64,000 bases of DNA from Amphiscolops sp. MND2022 (GCA_964187785.1 OZ076409.1:36396001-36460000); one strand, 5' to 3'; counted from the stretch's first letter, positions 37,700 to 50,238 are shown. A program made the numbers and translations. The notes: a model not told the origin generated them from the letters alone.

Positions 37700-40600
37700 T
37701 GACGGAATTCCTCCGACAATCACGATCAAGTCACATCAGTCGAATCACCTGTACAAAGAATTCAATGAAAGACATTTAATTGAAGTCTCCAAGTTCCATT
37801 ACAACAGTCGAAAAAGCAAGGTTTGCTTTCGACAAGTGTAACAACCAGCAAGTAAAGACTGAGGGTTTCAACGAACAAATAATCGAGTCATTCAATCAGA
37901 AGGGAGGTGGTGACAGCATAGGTGAAGAAATTTCTGAAGCAGAACTGCGAATCCATGATACAGACCTCAAGGTCTGTAGTCTCATCAAAGTCATTCGAGA
38001 CGGTCTGGACAAAATCAGAGAAGCTTCTGAGAGACTCAGAAGATAGATGTAACAAATGCTCCGTAACAAATGCTCAGAAGAGCGCACTAGTAGTGAAATG
38101 AAGTTATTAAAAATCACACTACCAATTATCAGTGGTATTTACAGTGAGCGGATTCCATTTTCTGACTTATTTCACAATACAGTTGACCAAAATCAATCCC
38201 TCAGCAGTATTCAAAAACTACATTACCTCAAAACATCATTGAAAAGTGAACCTGCTCGTCTACTCTCGCAATTACCAGCAATGAGTGCTATTTATGCAGT
38301 TGCCATCCAGTTGTTAAATGAGAGATATAATAAACGAATGATAACACATACTCACCGGGATGCTCTTCAAATTCAAACCACTGAGCCGTGAATCATCTGA
38401 TCAAGAACGCAAGTTAGTTAGCGTATGAGTAGATAACACAATGGCACTCGAAGCAAAGAGTATGGACAATCAAGCGTCAGATTTCATGAAGGTATTCTTC
38501 ATCGCAATGAAATTAGATAGCGAGACAAGACGGCAATGGTAATTGCATACCACTGGCGATGGTGTTCAGACAATGGCATCCATGCGACAATTCTTAGAGG
38601 AACCTACCCGAGCAGTAGACTTTTCTGCAATGTCTAGAAACAGCAGCGGAAGGAAACGTCAAGTGACAAAGAAGCTCGACTCTGTCATACAGGAGCAGAG
38701 TCGACTACGAAGTGTCCGAACCGCAGCTCATGCATTGTATCGTATCACTGTGACCAATTCAAGGCTCTCTGAAAGAGTTGAATGTGTCAAAACCAACAAA
38801 TTATGCTTCAACTGCTTGAAGTCTTGGTAAGCATTGAAGGAGTGTAAGTCCAATTCAGGTTGCCAGAACTGCAAGAATTAACATAATACGATGCTACACC
38901 GACAGGAGAATACAGTACAAGTGGGTTTAGCAGCACTATTGTGTTTGGGTCACAAGGAAGCCACTTTGTGTTGCTCCACTTTACTTCCCACAGCACTAGT
39001 CAAAGTCAAAACTCTCTCAAGGGGTCTGATCCCAGTTTGAGCGCTTCTGGAAGGTTCACAAGTCACCTGCATTACCGAAAAGTGTGGAAATTAGCTAGGT
39101 CTGCAATCTGGACAGGCTGGCATTCAAATTTCTGGAATTGGAGGCAATCCTTCAGCCAATTCAGGTTCAGTTGTGCAACTTGAACTTGTTCCAGCCTATC
39201 ATAGCCAAATCCATACTATAGCTGTAGTACGTACTGGAACACGTAACAAAACCTCTACAAAATTTCACGGTCAACAGTGAGAAACTCAATTCACTGAAAG
39301 ATATACAATGGACAGCTCCAACTTCACGACGCCTTGAGATATTGTCGTGATTCTCGGAGACGATGTGTTTGAAGAAATTGTGGGCACTGAAAAGGAGGTT
39401 ATCACCAACGAACTATTCTCCAGAAGCACATTTTTTGGTTGGGTTGTTTCCGGAAAGATGTCTAGCAAGCTTATTGCATCGTTTCCTCAAGTACATCATA
39501 TAACATTGGATGATCAATGGAAACGATTTCGGGAATTAGAAGAACTTCCATCGGTCAAACACTGAGCACCCGAAGAAAAAACATATTTATGGATTTTTGA
39601 AGAAACAACAGAGCTTGCAAATCAACGTTTCGTTGTGATACAACCCTTCAAGGAATCAATTGAATTGGGTGATAGTTTGAATCAAGTAACAAAACGATTC
39701 CATTATCTGGAAAAACGACTTGATTCAAAACCAAATTCGAAGACAGGATATCCAAATTTCATTCAGGAAATTTTGGATCGAGATCACATGGAAGACGTAT
39801 CCGCGGCAGATGTCTATTGTCAACCAAACAAGTGCTTTTATGTACCACATCAAGGTGTCTTCAAAAAAGATACAACCACCACGAAGCTACGAGTTGTGTT
39901 TGATGCATCAGCAAAAACAACCAATGGCGTGTCAATCAATGATGCAATCATGGTTGGTCCTGTTGTTCAAGATGATATATTCTCCATCATCAATCAATTT
40001 CGCTTCCACCAGATAGCTCTCTGTAGAGACATCGAAAAATGTATCGTCAAATAGGACTTCGACAAGAGGTCTGAGACTTCCAGAGACTTCTTCGGCGGGA
40101 CACAGCTTCTTCTCCGATAAAGCACCTACGAATGACTCGCGTCATCTATGGATTGTCTTGTTCTACTTACGTGGCGACCAGATGCCTCATTGAGGTTGCG
40201 AACAGGAAAAAGAAGTCTCATTTCGCCAAAGCAATCAAACACTCATTCTATGATGAATATTTCCTTGGTTGACCCAACGCGCTAGAAGAAGCAGTTCAAC
40301 GCGTCAATGATCTCAGTCAAGAACTCCTCATTTACTGGTTCTCTCTCAGAAAGTGCCCCCCAAATGATCAAAATCTTATTAAGTCAAAGTCAAACGAGCT
40401 TCGAGCCGAGAACGATAACCTGAAGCTTTTCGCAGATGACTACAAATTCAAAGCTCTCGGAATATCGTGGAAGCCTAACCAAGATAATTTCAAATTCAAG
40501 TGTTAATTGGATCCAGTCAAAAAGCTTACGAAACGCAGTCTATTGTCGGAAACCTCCAAGCTCGTTGATCCTCTCGGATGGCATGCACCGCTCATCTATC

Positions 40601-42290
40601 AATTCAAAATACTGATGCACCAAACGTGGGTTCGTGGATTCTCCTGGAATGATGTGGTGCCAGAGGATATCTCTGCAACTTGGAACGATCTACAATGAAG
40701 CCTTTCTGTGATACACGATATTCAGATACCTCGAGCCATCATCAACAACACAATTGCTGAGATGGAAATTCATCTTCTCTCTGATGCATCAGAGAAAACT
40801 TATGCAGCGGTTGTCTATAATCGAGCTAAAGATAATCTTGGCAATGTCTTTACGTCATTTTTATAGTCGAAGACTCGGGTTGCGCCAGTGAAAACGGTTT
40901 CGCTACCTCGTCTGGATTTCTGTGGCGCAGAACTTGCTTCGAAACTTGCGTCAACTTTCATGGAACTTTTTGAAAATTTCAAACTTAATGTCGCTCTATT
41001 CGCTTGGACAGCTTCCACAATTGTTTTACATTGGTTGTCTCAACTTCCGAGAACGTGGAGATTAATTGTAGCTAATAGAGGATCAAGTATCGAAAGTGTA
41101 TCTTCCACGATCGGATTGGCGACATGTTATCTCACTCGAAAATCCAGCAGACTTGGCATCTCGCAGTTGCAGTGCTACTCAGCTACTTCACTCACATCTC
41201 TGGTGGTCTGGCATCAACTTGGCTATCAGCTCTTGTACCTCGGTAAGTAATCCACCAGAAAAGAGAAGTAATGTTCAGCTATTGCATGCCACTCCACTTT
41301 CACGAACTTCACAGCTAATCGACATCAAAAAGCACAGCTGCTTTCAAAAAGTCCTGCGCATTCTTGCATTCGTTCATCGCTTCTTCCGAAAAATCACCAA
41401 AAGGGACACAATGCTACATCCTCTTCTTCCAAATAATTTATCAGAAGCAAAGTTCCTACACTTCAGACATGATCAACAAGAACAATTCAAGGATGATCTC
41501 ATCGCACTCCAACGTGACACCTTGCCTCCAAGCAAAAGCAGGATTTTAAACTTGACACCGTTAACGGACTAAACTGCCAAGTAATTCGTGTTGGTGTAAG
41601 ACCTGGGCAAACTTGATGACGACAAGAAATTTTCAGTACTAATTTCCAAACAGTCAAAGTTGGTCACTCTCATCATACAGCTTTTTCGTGAACCTGCGAT
41701 TCATGGTGGGGGAGAATTGACCCTAAATTTGATTCGCTAGGAATATTGGATCATAAATTGAAAAACGCTCGTTAACCGTTCATCAAAAAATATGTCACTT
41801 GTTTCCGTTTTAATACCACGCCTCTAGCCTAAGTCATAGCAGATCTTCAAATTGAACAAGTGACACCAGCTCGCCCCTTCGCCCTTTTTCAATTTGTGGA
41901 ATCGACTTCGCAGGCCTTTTCACAATCAAGAAAAAGTCGCAGAACACAGAAATTATATACAATGCAATTTTTGTGTGCATTAGTAAAAAGGCTCTTCGTA
42001 TGGAACTAGTGTCGACTCTTACCCAAGAAGCTTCTATCGTTGCATTGACACCTCATTTAGAGGCGTGGAATGCCACAGAAGGTCTTCAGCGTCAACGGAA
42101 GCAATTTCTTGGGTGCAAGAAAAGACCTCATCAAACAGAAGTTTCTACATGAAAAGTCAGACAAAGAAAACTAGCGCATCCATTTTGTCAATCAACGAAT
42201 CTGTGACTGGCCTATGATCCCTCCTAGAGCTTCACACTTCGGTGGGCTTTGGGAAGCGGTGGAGAAAGGTGTGAAACGACATATGAGCAG
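37700..42290 (+). pseudogene. BEL/Pao gag-pol, many stops and frameshifts
   Basis: LPxFSG gag, LCFNCL knuckle, KLRVVFDASAK RT, SDAS / SKTRVAP / SLPRL RNase H region, WRHV...NPADLASR, integrase CGIDFAG and PPRASHFGGLWEA. Confidence 0.9.
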
Positions 42291-42383
42291 GAATGATAAA
42301 AAAACTCGATATTTTTAAAAGAATTAATAATATCAAATTCTAAAATTTTTGAGCCAAATAACTTTGATTTCATGGATGTTCTT

Positions 42384-42583
42384 NNNNNNNNNNNNNNNNN
42401 NNNNNNNNNNNNNNNNNNNNNNNNNNNNNNNNNNNNNNNNNNNNNNNNNNNNNNNNNNNNNNNNNNNNNNNNNNNNNNNNNNNNNNNNNNNNNNNNNNNN
42501 NNNNNNNNNNNNNNNNNNNNNNNNNNNNNNNNNNNNNNNNNNNNNNNNNNNNNNNNNNNNNNNNNNNNNNNNNNNNNNNNNNN
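42384..42583. other. Assembly gap (200 N)
   Basis: Run of N. Confidence 1.
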
Positions 42584-44095
42584 GAAGATTTCCCGGTTCC
42601 CATATTTTGCAACTGAATAAAAAGTGAAATGCAGTTTCTTCGGTTCTTTTACATGAGCATAGAGGACTGGCTGTTAGGCTTCTTTTGTTGGCGAAATTTT
42701 TCAGTGAGGGGTTGATGTCCAGGAGTACTTCTATGACATGCCTCATGAGCTCTTTGGTTGTGGATATCTTGGTCAAAACGGGGTCGTTTTCTACTCGAGG
42801 GACAAGATGTTTGAGATTTGTTTCGAAGTCCGGATATTGCCATCTAGAATTCCATTGCCTAAGAATGTGATTTCTACTCGTTTCTTCATCGTAGCTTAGC
42901 TTGTCGCGTAGGTTTAATGTTTTTCTGCCGTAAAATTGTCTCAACGTCTTTCAATGGCCCATAGGAAACGCTAAGTCTGATTCATTTTCTATTATTCGAT
43001 TTGTCATATGATCATTACTTTTTAGCACTTTAGTTAAGAATTTCGATGGTATGTTTTGGCACAGTATGTCTGTGGGTGGAAAACCCAAAAGAACTTCAGC
43101 TGTTGCCGAGTTTGCATTGTATCTGGTTTCCATTATGCTGCGGGTAATCGTATCTTGAAATTTAGTTAATTTAGTGATGTTTTGACTCGCCATACAGGTG
43201 TGCTGTATAGTAAGGCCGGTAGGATCAATGTTTTGTACGCAACTGTAAGGGTGTGTCTCGATAGACCCCATTTGCCTGTGCAATGATATCTCAGTTCTCT
43301 TCACCTTTTCAGGCAACGTGCTGTTGTTGAATCTGTGTGTTGTTTAAATGAACATTCGTTGTCTACGATCAAGCCGAAAATTTTCGTTTGGTGTTTGACT
43401 TCACATTTCTCTGTTCCCAGATGAAACTTGTGGTCCCAGATATCCAGTGGGTGAATGGGCATTATCTCGGTTTTCAATCCGTTTATTTGAATTCGCCATG
43501 TGTTGCACCATGTTTTCACCGAATTCAGGTTTTTCTGACTTTTTTCGCAGAGGGAGGCTTGTGTTTCTGCAGACATAAGAATCTGAGAATCGTCCGCATA
43601 TTTGAATTTAGTCCCATCAGTATTCTTCAACATTTCTGCGATGAAAATATGAAAAGCAATGGTGAGAGTACGCTTTCTTGCGGAACTCCCTGTTTTGGCT
43701 TATTGGGCGAGCTTAACACTCCATCCAGTTTTGTTCGTATCAGTCGGCATTTGAGAAAATTCCGAAGGAGGTCAAAGAGTGATCCTCGTATTCCTGCTGT
43801 CCATAGCTTCAGCAGCAGGCATTGTGCCACACGCTATCGAAAGCTTTCTGTAAGTTCAGATTTATTAGAGCTGCACGTAATTTGCTCTTCTTGAGGAGGT
43901 CGCATTCGAGTTTCAGTCTGAAGAGTGATCTGACGGTGTTCTTCTTTGGGAGAAATCCTTCTTGGTCAAAATCAATAAGTTTTTCAGGGAGCATGTAGCG
44001 CATTAGACGTCGGTTGAGTATTCTTTCGAAGACTTTTCCTATATGGCTGCTGATTGAAATTGGCCTGTAGACAGATGGGTTGCTGACTTGATTGA
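42584..44095 (-). mobile_element. Degenerate non-LTR (LINE) reverse transcriptase fragment
   Basis: YRPISISSHIGKVFERI, KAFDSVWH, GVPQESVLSPLLF, KYADDS and C-terminal CSC...ETAFHFLFSC; broken by frameshifts. Confidence 0.9.
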
Positions 44096-44116
44096 TGACG
44101 AAGATCCATGGTATCT

Positions 44117-44447
44117 GGGTGGCTGTAAATAGGTCGAAAGGACAGAAGTCGAACCTTTCTATCGAATTGCAGGGATCGAATGGAATGCAGTCGAATTTTA
44201 TCGTATTTGTTGTATGGCTCGGTCGCTTCGCTCCCTTCGCCAAGTAGCAACATTGAGGCATGGCCATATGGCACGTCGCTTCGCTTCGCTCCTGCATTCA
44301 GGGCACTAGGGGTATGTGAACATATCTGACTACGTTTTAAAAATATTCGATCCGAGTTGTTTCGATCCCCTTCAAAAATTTGGTACGTCGACCTGAGGAC
44401 TAACTCTGATTTTCGATCCCGTTCCTTCGACCTACTTCCGCCCACCC
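44117..44447. mobile_element. MITE 1 (imperfect ~24-bp TIRs)
   Basis: GGGTGGCTGTAAATAGGTCGAA ... TTCGACCTACTTCCGCCCACCC, flanked by ATGGTATCT / ATGATATC(T). Confidence 0.65.
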
Positions 44448-44455
44448 ATGATATC

Positions 44456-45012
44456 GGTAAATGGTCACTTGGCTTAATGCCATTTGGCTTAAAGTCATTT
44501 GGCTTAATACAATTGGTCACTTGGCTTAATTTTTTTAAGCTAAGTGTCTCGGGTATTGGACACTTGGCTTAAAGTCATTTGACTTAAAACCACTTAGTTG
44601 AAAACACGTGGCAGATTTTGTCGAACTTATCTTTATAACGTATTCAGCGTATTATTATAACATGTCATATCAAGTACCCCTCAGATATGTCCCCATTTCC
44701 TCTAGTGCCCTGCGGCCCCTTGGGGCCGCTTATATTCCCATCTTGCTAAGCGAGGTCGAACAGGAGCAAAGACCTAGCGGGAACGAAGATCGCGAAGCGA
44801 TCGTAGTGGGAGCTGGTCTTTGCGACGGTGAGGGCGAGCGTGCATAAACCGCATATGCCCCACATTACGATTTTTCCGGGAGTTGACATATTTATTCCTT
44901 GAGTTGGAATGGAGTTGGCTTAATTTTGTGGTCACTTGGCTTAAAATTTTTAAGCCAAATGACTCGACGAAAATATTAAGCCAAATGGTATTAAGCCAAG
45001 TGACTGGTAACC
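44456..45012. mobile_element. MITE 2 (TIRs built from TTGGCTTAA subrepeats)
   Basis: GGTAAATGGTCACTTGGCTTAA ... TTAAGCCAAGTGACTGGTAACC; exact 8-bp TSD ATGATATC (44448-44455, 45013-45020). Confidence 0.8.
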
Positions 45013-45147
45013 ATGATATCTGATAGAGGTCAAAAAAAGTTTTTAACCGAGAGTGATTTGAACAAAATCAGAAAGGCAATTTCATTACCTTGCCTGAACA
45101 ACTTTGATTAAAATGAAATGAGGGTTCTGATTTTGTGTTGCCTGGTT

Positions 45148-45572
45148 TGGGGAATTCCGAAGTAGCAAACAGCCGAAGTACCAAACAGCAGAAAATGAAA
45201 AATTGGTCTCAAACAGCAGAATATTTCTTTATGTTGCAATCTGATTGGCTGAAATTTGAAATCGAATTGAATTCACTAAGCTGAAAACGCGTGTCAGATT
45301 TTGTCGGAATTATTATTATAACGTAGTCAGCTATGTTCACATACCCCTAGTGCCCTGAATGCAGGAGTGAAGCGGAGCGATGTGCCATATGACCATGCCT
45401 CAATGTTGCTAACTGGCGAAGAGAGCGAAGCGACCGAGCCATACAACAAATATGCAAACCTTTTCAAATAAATCAAAATCCAACATATTGGCTGTAACAG
45501 CACTAAAAGCTAGTATTTTGAATTCGGCTGTATGGGACCAAATTTTCATTTTCTGCTGTATGAATAGGCACC
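45148..45572. mobile_element. MITE 3
   Basis: Inverted ACAGCAGAAAATGAAAAATTGGTC / GACCAAATTTTCATTTTCTGCTGT; GCCTGGTT duplicated at 45140 and 45573. Confidence 0.65.
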
Positions 45573-46870
45573 GCCTGGTTAACTTTAAATGATAAAGCGT
45601 TCTGATATCATTTCTCGGAGCCACAAAAGTTTGTTGGGAGCGGGAGGAACAAGTTCCTGCAATTTGATGTTGCACAGTCTTGGTTGCAATGTTTTTTGAA
45701 TGTCCATTATGAGCATCCACTATATTGTAACTGTTCTTAATTTGTTCTGTTTCATACCTGCCCGCAAAGGGGCTTCATTTTAGAATTTATATATAATAAT
45801 AATCTTGATTGTGCTCGTTGACGAGAATGGAATTTGTAATTCCTATTGAAAATTAAACTTTTACCAATAAACTTCTATTAAAGGTTCTTCTATGTTTGTT
45901 GAAAAAAATACCACAACAAAGATGCGCTCAAACCAGACAGATTCTGTTTTATATTTCTTTTAGGGTGGTGATTGATGATCCACACAAAATTTCAGTTCAC
46001 ACTATTTTTCTTACGTAGAAGTTGTTCAAGGAAGAAACAGTTTTAGTTTTTGAGTCACAAAACAGTGAATTCGAGCATAATCACAGTCAGAATGTGTGGA
46101 AAATGTTTTGTTCAAATAAGACTATTTCAATTGGAGTTAACTTGCTGAGATCGAACATCCCTGTCGAAACTACTCTCTGCTCCTTATATACCTTTATGCT
46201 TCTTTAGATACGCTAAATGAATAAGTTCTTCTATCATGGCTTCCGTTTGTATTGTGTTTAATTAATTCCGTATAGTTTTGGTACTTTCCTAATAGACCGG
46301 ACAATTATTTGCTAGCCGGACGCGCTATAAAACCAATCCTAATAGACCGGACGCTCCTAAGCTAAGTTTTTATTTACATAGATGTTTAAGTGTGCTAAGT
46401 AGGTTGTTAAGCCTGAAAACTGTCAGCGTATTATAACATGTCATATCAAGTACCCCCTCGGATATGTCCCCATTTCCTCTAGTGCCCTGCGGCCCCTTGG
46501 GGCCGCTTATATTCCCATCTTGCTAAGCGATGAATGTCCTTCTTTTTCTGTCTGCCCTTGAATGTCTGCTCCTTGAATGTCTATCTTTTTCTGACTGCCC
46601 ATGCTTCAACTCGGGCTAATTCTATTTCGTAAAGACCCTTTTAAAATGGTTCCAGTTCGCACGGTCCTTATATGAAGTAAGTCTAAATTTAAGTGATAAA
46701 TCTTGCTAAGCGAGGTCGAACAGGAGCAAAGACCTAGCGGGAACGGAGATCGTGAAGCGATCGTAGTGAGAGCTGGTCTTTGCGACGGTGAGGGCGAGCG
46801 TGCATATGCCCAACATTATGATATTTCCCCACTTTAATAATATTTTATTACATGTATCTAATTGGTATGT

Positions 46871-47932
46871 CAGAACTCACACGATAAATGCCACTCAAAC
46901 GATATCACTTTGATTTAACGAAAACGGAATTCCGCGACGGTTTGGCCCTGCGCTATGGGTGGGAACCACTGAAAACACCGGCATTGTGTCCCTGTGGAGA
47001 GCTTTTCAGTCTCTCGCATTCCCTCCAATGCAACAAAGGAGGGTACACCCAGATGCGACACAACGAAATTCGCGACACGTTCGCCTCCGTCATGAAAGAA
47101 GTCTGCTATGATGTTGAAATTGAGCCAAAACTTCAGCCTTTGGAAGGTGAGTCCTTCGTTCATAAAACAACAACAACTGAAGATGAGGCGAGATTAGACA
47201 TTAAAGCAAACGGACTTTGGGATTCTCGTTTCTGTAGAACTTTTTTCGACGTCAAGATCTTTAACCCGCTCGCTAGAACATGTCCCAAAAATGTCAACGA
47301 AGCGTATAAATTCCATGAATCTCAAAAGAAACTCAAATACGAGTCCAGAATCATAAATGTGGAAAAAAGCACCTTTAACCCCCTAATTTTTGCATGTACA
47401 GGTGGCGCTGAACCATCAGCCACAAAAGTAATTACCCGACTAGCTGCGAAAATCAACGAAAAAGGATCAGAAAGCTACGCCGACGCGATTAGCTACATTA
47501 GAACCAAGATAAGTTTTGCCCTTCTACGTAGTTTCGTCCTCTGTCTCAGAGGCTGCAGAGCGACACGCCGCCAACAAGCTATCGTAGAGTCATCCATCAG
47601 TGCTATAGTTCACGAGGGAGGGCTGTCATAAATTTGACAATCCCTCGGGTGCTTATCATGAAACCAAATAATTTCCGACGATCAATAAAATTTGAGATAC
47701 ACTGTCCTAATTTATAAATTACCCTCCACTTACCGATGTTTTCCAAATTTATTTTATGGGACCGCTATTGACACTGTAAGGAGGCTCTGCAGCTTGCAGC
47801 GTATTGACACCCAAACTCTTTTCACTGACATGCCTTCCATGTACTAAGGGCAAAAAAATTCTATATCTCTTTACACCATATCACGGTTTCAGTACGCGCG
47901 GTCCCTATTAATTAGATAGTGAGAGGAAAAAA
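46871..47932 (+). mobile_element. 5'-truncated CRE-type non-LTR retrotransposon
   Basis: 11-bp TSD AATTGGTATGT (46860-46870, 47933-47943), short A tail, and only the C-terminal coding region retained. Confidence 0.85.
46888..47631 (+). CDS. Zinc knuckle plus restriction-like (REL, PD-D/ExK) endonuclease domain of a CRE-type element
   Basis: CPCG...HSLQC, RHNEIRD, VEIEP, RLDI, FFDV, KKLKY, FNPLIF..TGG motifs. Confidence 0.85.
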   Translation: MPLKRYHFDLTKTEFRDGLALRYGWEPLKTPALCPCGELFSLSHSLQCNKGGYTQMRHNEIRDTFASVMKEVCYDVEIEPKLQPLEGESFVHKTTTTEDEARLDIKANGLWDSRFCRTFFDVKIFNPLARTCPKNVNEAYKFHESQKKLKYESRIINVEKSTFNPLIFACTGGAEPSATKVITRLAAKINEKGSESYADAISYIRTKISFALLRSFVLCLRGCRATRRQQAIVESSISAIVHEGGLS

Positions 47933-48155
47933 AATTGGTATGTTGTAAATTGAGTCAATACAATGTTGACAATCTGTCTGTTGACAAATGAGTCTTTAAG
48001 TCAATAAACTGACTGTCCGGTCTCTATATAGTGCGTCCGGTCTCTATATAGTGCGTCCGGTCTATTAGGAAGGTTTTTTCAATTGTCCGGTCTATTAGGA
48101 AAGTACCGTAGTCGTAACTAATTATTTTTCAGACATCAGCTAACTTAGCTTTTGT

Positions 48156-50093
48156 ATGATCTCATCGTGTATGAGTTATGGTCTGAAATTTCGAAGAATT
48201 TTTGTCAGATCAATGGCCCTGGCCGAGCTATCTTTTGAGAACTTAGCCCTGAAGAAGCTACCAGTTGATCGCTCTAAGGTATCAGGAAGTCGGAGGGTTG
48301 AAGGAGCTTGTTTCTCAATAGTTGACCCGACTCCTGTTGATGAACCAGAACTTGTGGCTGCTTCCAGCGAAGCTCTTGCGCTTTTGGATATTGATGTGAC
48401 CAAGACTGAGTCGAAAGACCTAGCGTTGTACTTCTCTGGTAACAAAATTTTTCCAACTTCCACTACAGCTGCTCATTGCTATTGCGGACATCAGTTTGGC
48501 TATTTCTCTGGACAACTTGGCGATGGAACAGTCATCTATCTGGGTGACAAAATTAACAATCAGAATGAGCGCATCGAAGTTCAACTGAAAGGCGCCGGTA
48601 AAACACCATACTCGAGAGGAAGTGATGGTCGAAAGGTACTAAGATCTAGTATTCGAGAGTTTTTGGCAAGTGAAGCGATGCATCATCTGGGCGTCCCCAC
48701 AACTCGTGCTGGAACTTGTGTAACGTCTTCCAGTACTGTTGTCAGAGATATATTCTATGACGGACACCCAATTCATGAAAAGTGTTCAATAGTTTCTCGG
48801 ATCGCCCCCACTTTTTTACGCTTCGGGTCTTTCGAGATCTTCAAAGACACTGACCCGGAAACAGGACGCGATGGACCAAGTTCTGAAGATGAGCATCTAC
48901 CTATGCTTAAAACTATGATCCAATACACAGCGGAAAATTTTTATCCAGTGATATGGTGTGAAAACCGAGACAATTTTGAAGGTATGGTACAGAAGATGTA
49001 TCTTGAAATTGTCGATAAAACAGCTTTCCTTGTGGCGAAGTGGCAATGTGTTGGTTTTTGTCACGGTGTTCTCAATACCGACAACATGAGCATTCTGGGT
49101 TTAACAATTGACTACGGTCCATATGGATTTTTGGATCGATACGACCCTAAACATTGTTGCAATGGATCCGACGATGGTGCTAGATATTCGTATGAAAAGC
49201 AACCGGAGATTTGCAAATGGAATTGCAAAAAACTGTTAGAAATGTTCGAAAAAGTTGCTTCTGCTGAACATTTATACAAATCTTTTATCCAGTTCGATGA
49301 TTTCTACGAGAAATACTACATGGAAAATATGTACAAGAAATTCGGAGTGAAGCCGAAAAGTGTTGACGATGATAAAAATTTTTTCAAATTATTCTTTGAT
49401 GCTATGAAGAAAACTGGTGCTGACTTTACAAATTCGTTCAGGGTACTTTCCAAACTTAATTTCTCCGATGCTTCATTAGCTGATGTAAAAAGTAGTCTTC
49501 TCAGTTATTGCACAAATGCCGACGAGCTGCGCAAGCAATACCAACCTAATGTTTCTGCCCATGAGCTTCAAATGGTCAGAAGTCTAGCTGAAACTAATCC
49601 TCAACTCCTCAGTCTTTTCGGTGGAAAGCGTCTCCTTGGTGAGCTTCGCAAGATGGAAATTTATGAAGACTACAAGGACTTGACTGATGAGTCGAAACGT
49701 AAAACTGACGACGAAGTTTGGCAGAAGTGGTTATCCGATGTTTACCTGAAGCGGTTGAGAGACGACTATCCCGGGGGTCATGACTGTGAAGAATGGACTA
49801 ATCGGTTAGAGACAATGAATAAAAACAATCCCAAGTTCATTCTTCGGAATTATTTACTTCAGAGGGCCATTGAAAAAGCTGAGCGCGGAAATTATTCTGA
49901 AGTTCAACGGTTGTTGGATCTCAGCAAAACTCCATTTGACGAAGAGGCCATGCTTGAGTCTGTTGTCAAGGAAGAATGTTCCACCGAGGCTGCTGGAAGC
50001 ACCAAGGACGAGCTTGAAAACAATATTTTGTCCAAGTACTTCAAAAAGCCTTCAGTCAAAGACCTAAGTATTAGAGTTACATGATCATCATAA
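48156..50093 (+). CDS. SELENOO: Selenoprotein O (protein adenylyltransferase), intronless CDS with Sec at TGA 50082-50084
   Basis: YCGHQFGYFSGQLGDG, QLKGAGKTPYSR..DGR, REFLASEAM, GFCHGVLNTDNMS, IDYGP, NPKFILRNY. Ends GTT ACA TGA TCA TCA TAA (V-T-U-S-S-stop). Confidence 0.96.
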
Positions 50094-50174
50094 GCAGCTT
50101 CCATTATGACACGCAGACTATTTCTCTGCTGTTTAAGTGTTAGCTGCGCTTGACCAGTGATTCTCAATCAGACA

Positions 50175-50238
50175 GTCGTTGGCTAATGATGAGATAATTT
50201 CAACCGGATTCGGAGTTTTATCTCGGAGATGCAACGAC
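50175..50238 (+). promoter_or_regulatory. SECIS element (form 2)
   Basis: Helix I GTCGTTG/CAACGAC, ATGA...GA core (50186 / 50226), helix II GAGATAA/TTATCTC, apical AA 12 nt after ATGA, CCG-GATT-CGG ministem. Confidence 0.88.

Larger units (their letters stand above)
32061..42290 (+). mobile_element. BEL/Pao LTR retrotransposon tandem array, degenerate
   Basis: Three copies of the DUF1759-type gag segment (32804, 35447, 38098) at ~2.65-kb period. Two LTR-like blocks (~34237-35008, ~36879-37655), each followed by a PBS. One long degenerate gag-pol. Confidence 0.88.
46280..48107. mobile_element. MITE 4 (perfect 27-bp TIRs, GG-terminal, Merlin-like) with nested retroelement
   Basis: GGTACTTTCCTAATAGACCGGACAATT at 46280, exact reverse complement ending at 48107, subterminal AGACCGGAC repeats. 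TSD degenerate. Confidence 0.8.

Noticed and set aside
42333..42627. ORFs spanning the N run
   Set aside because: Artefacts of the assembly gap.
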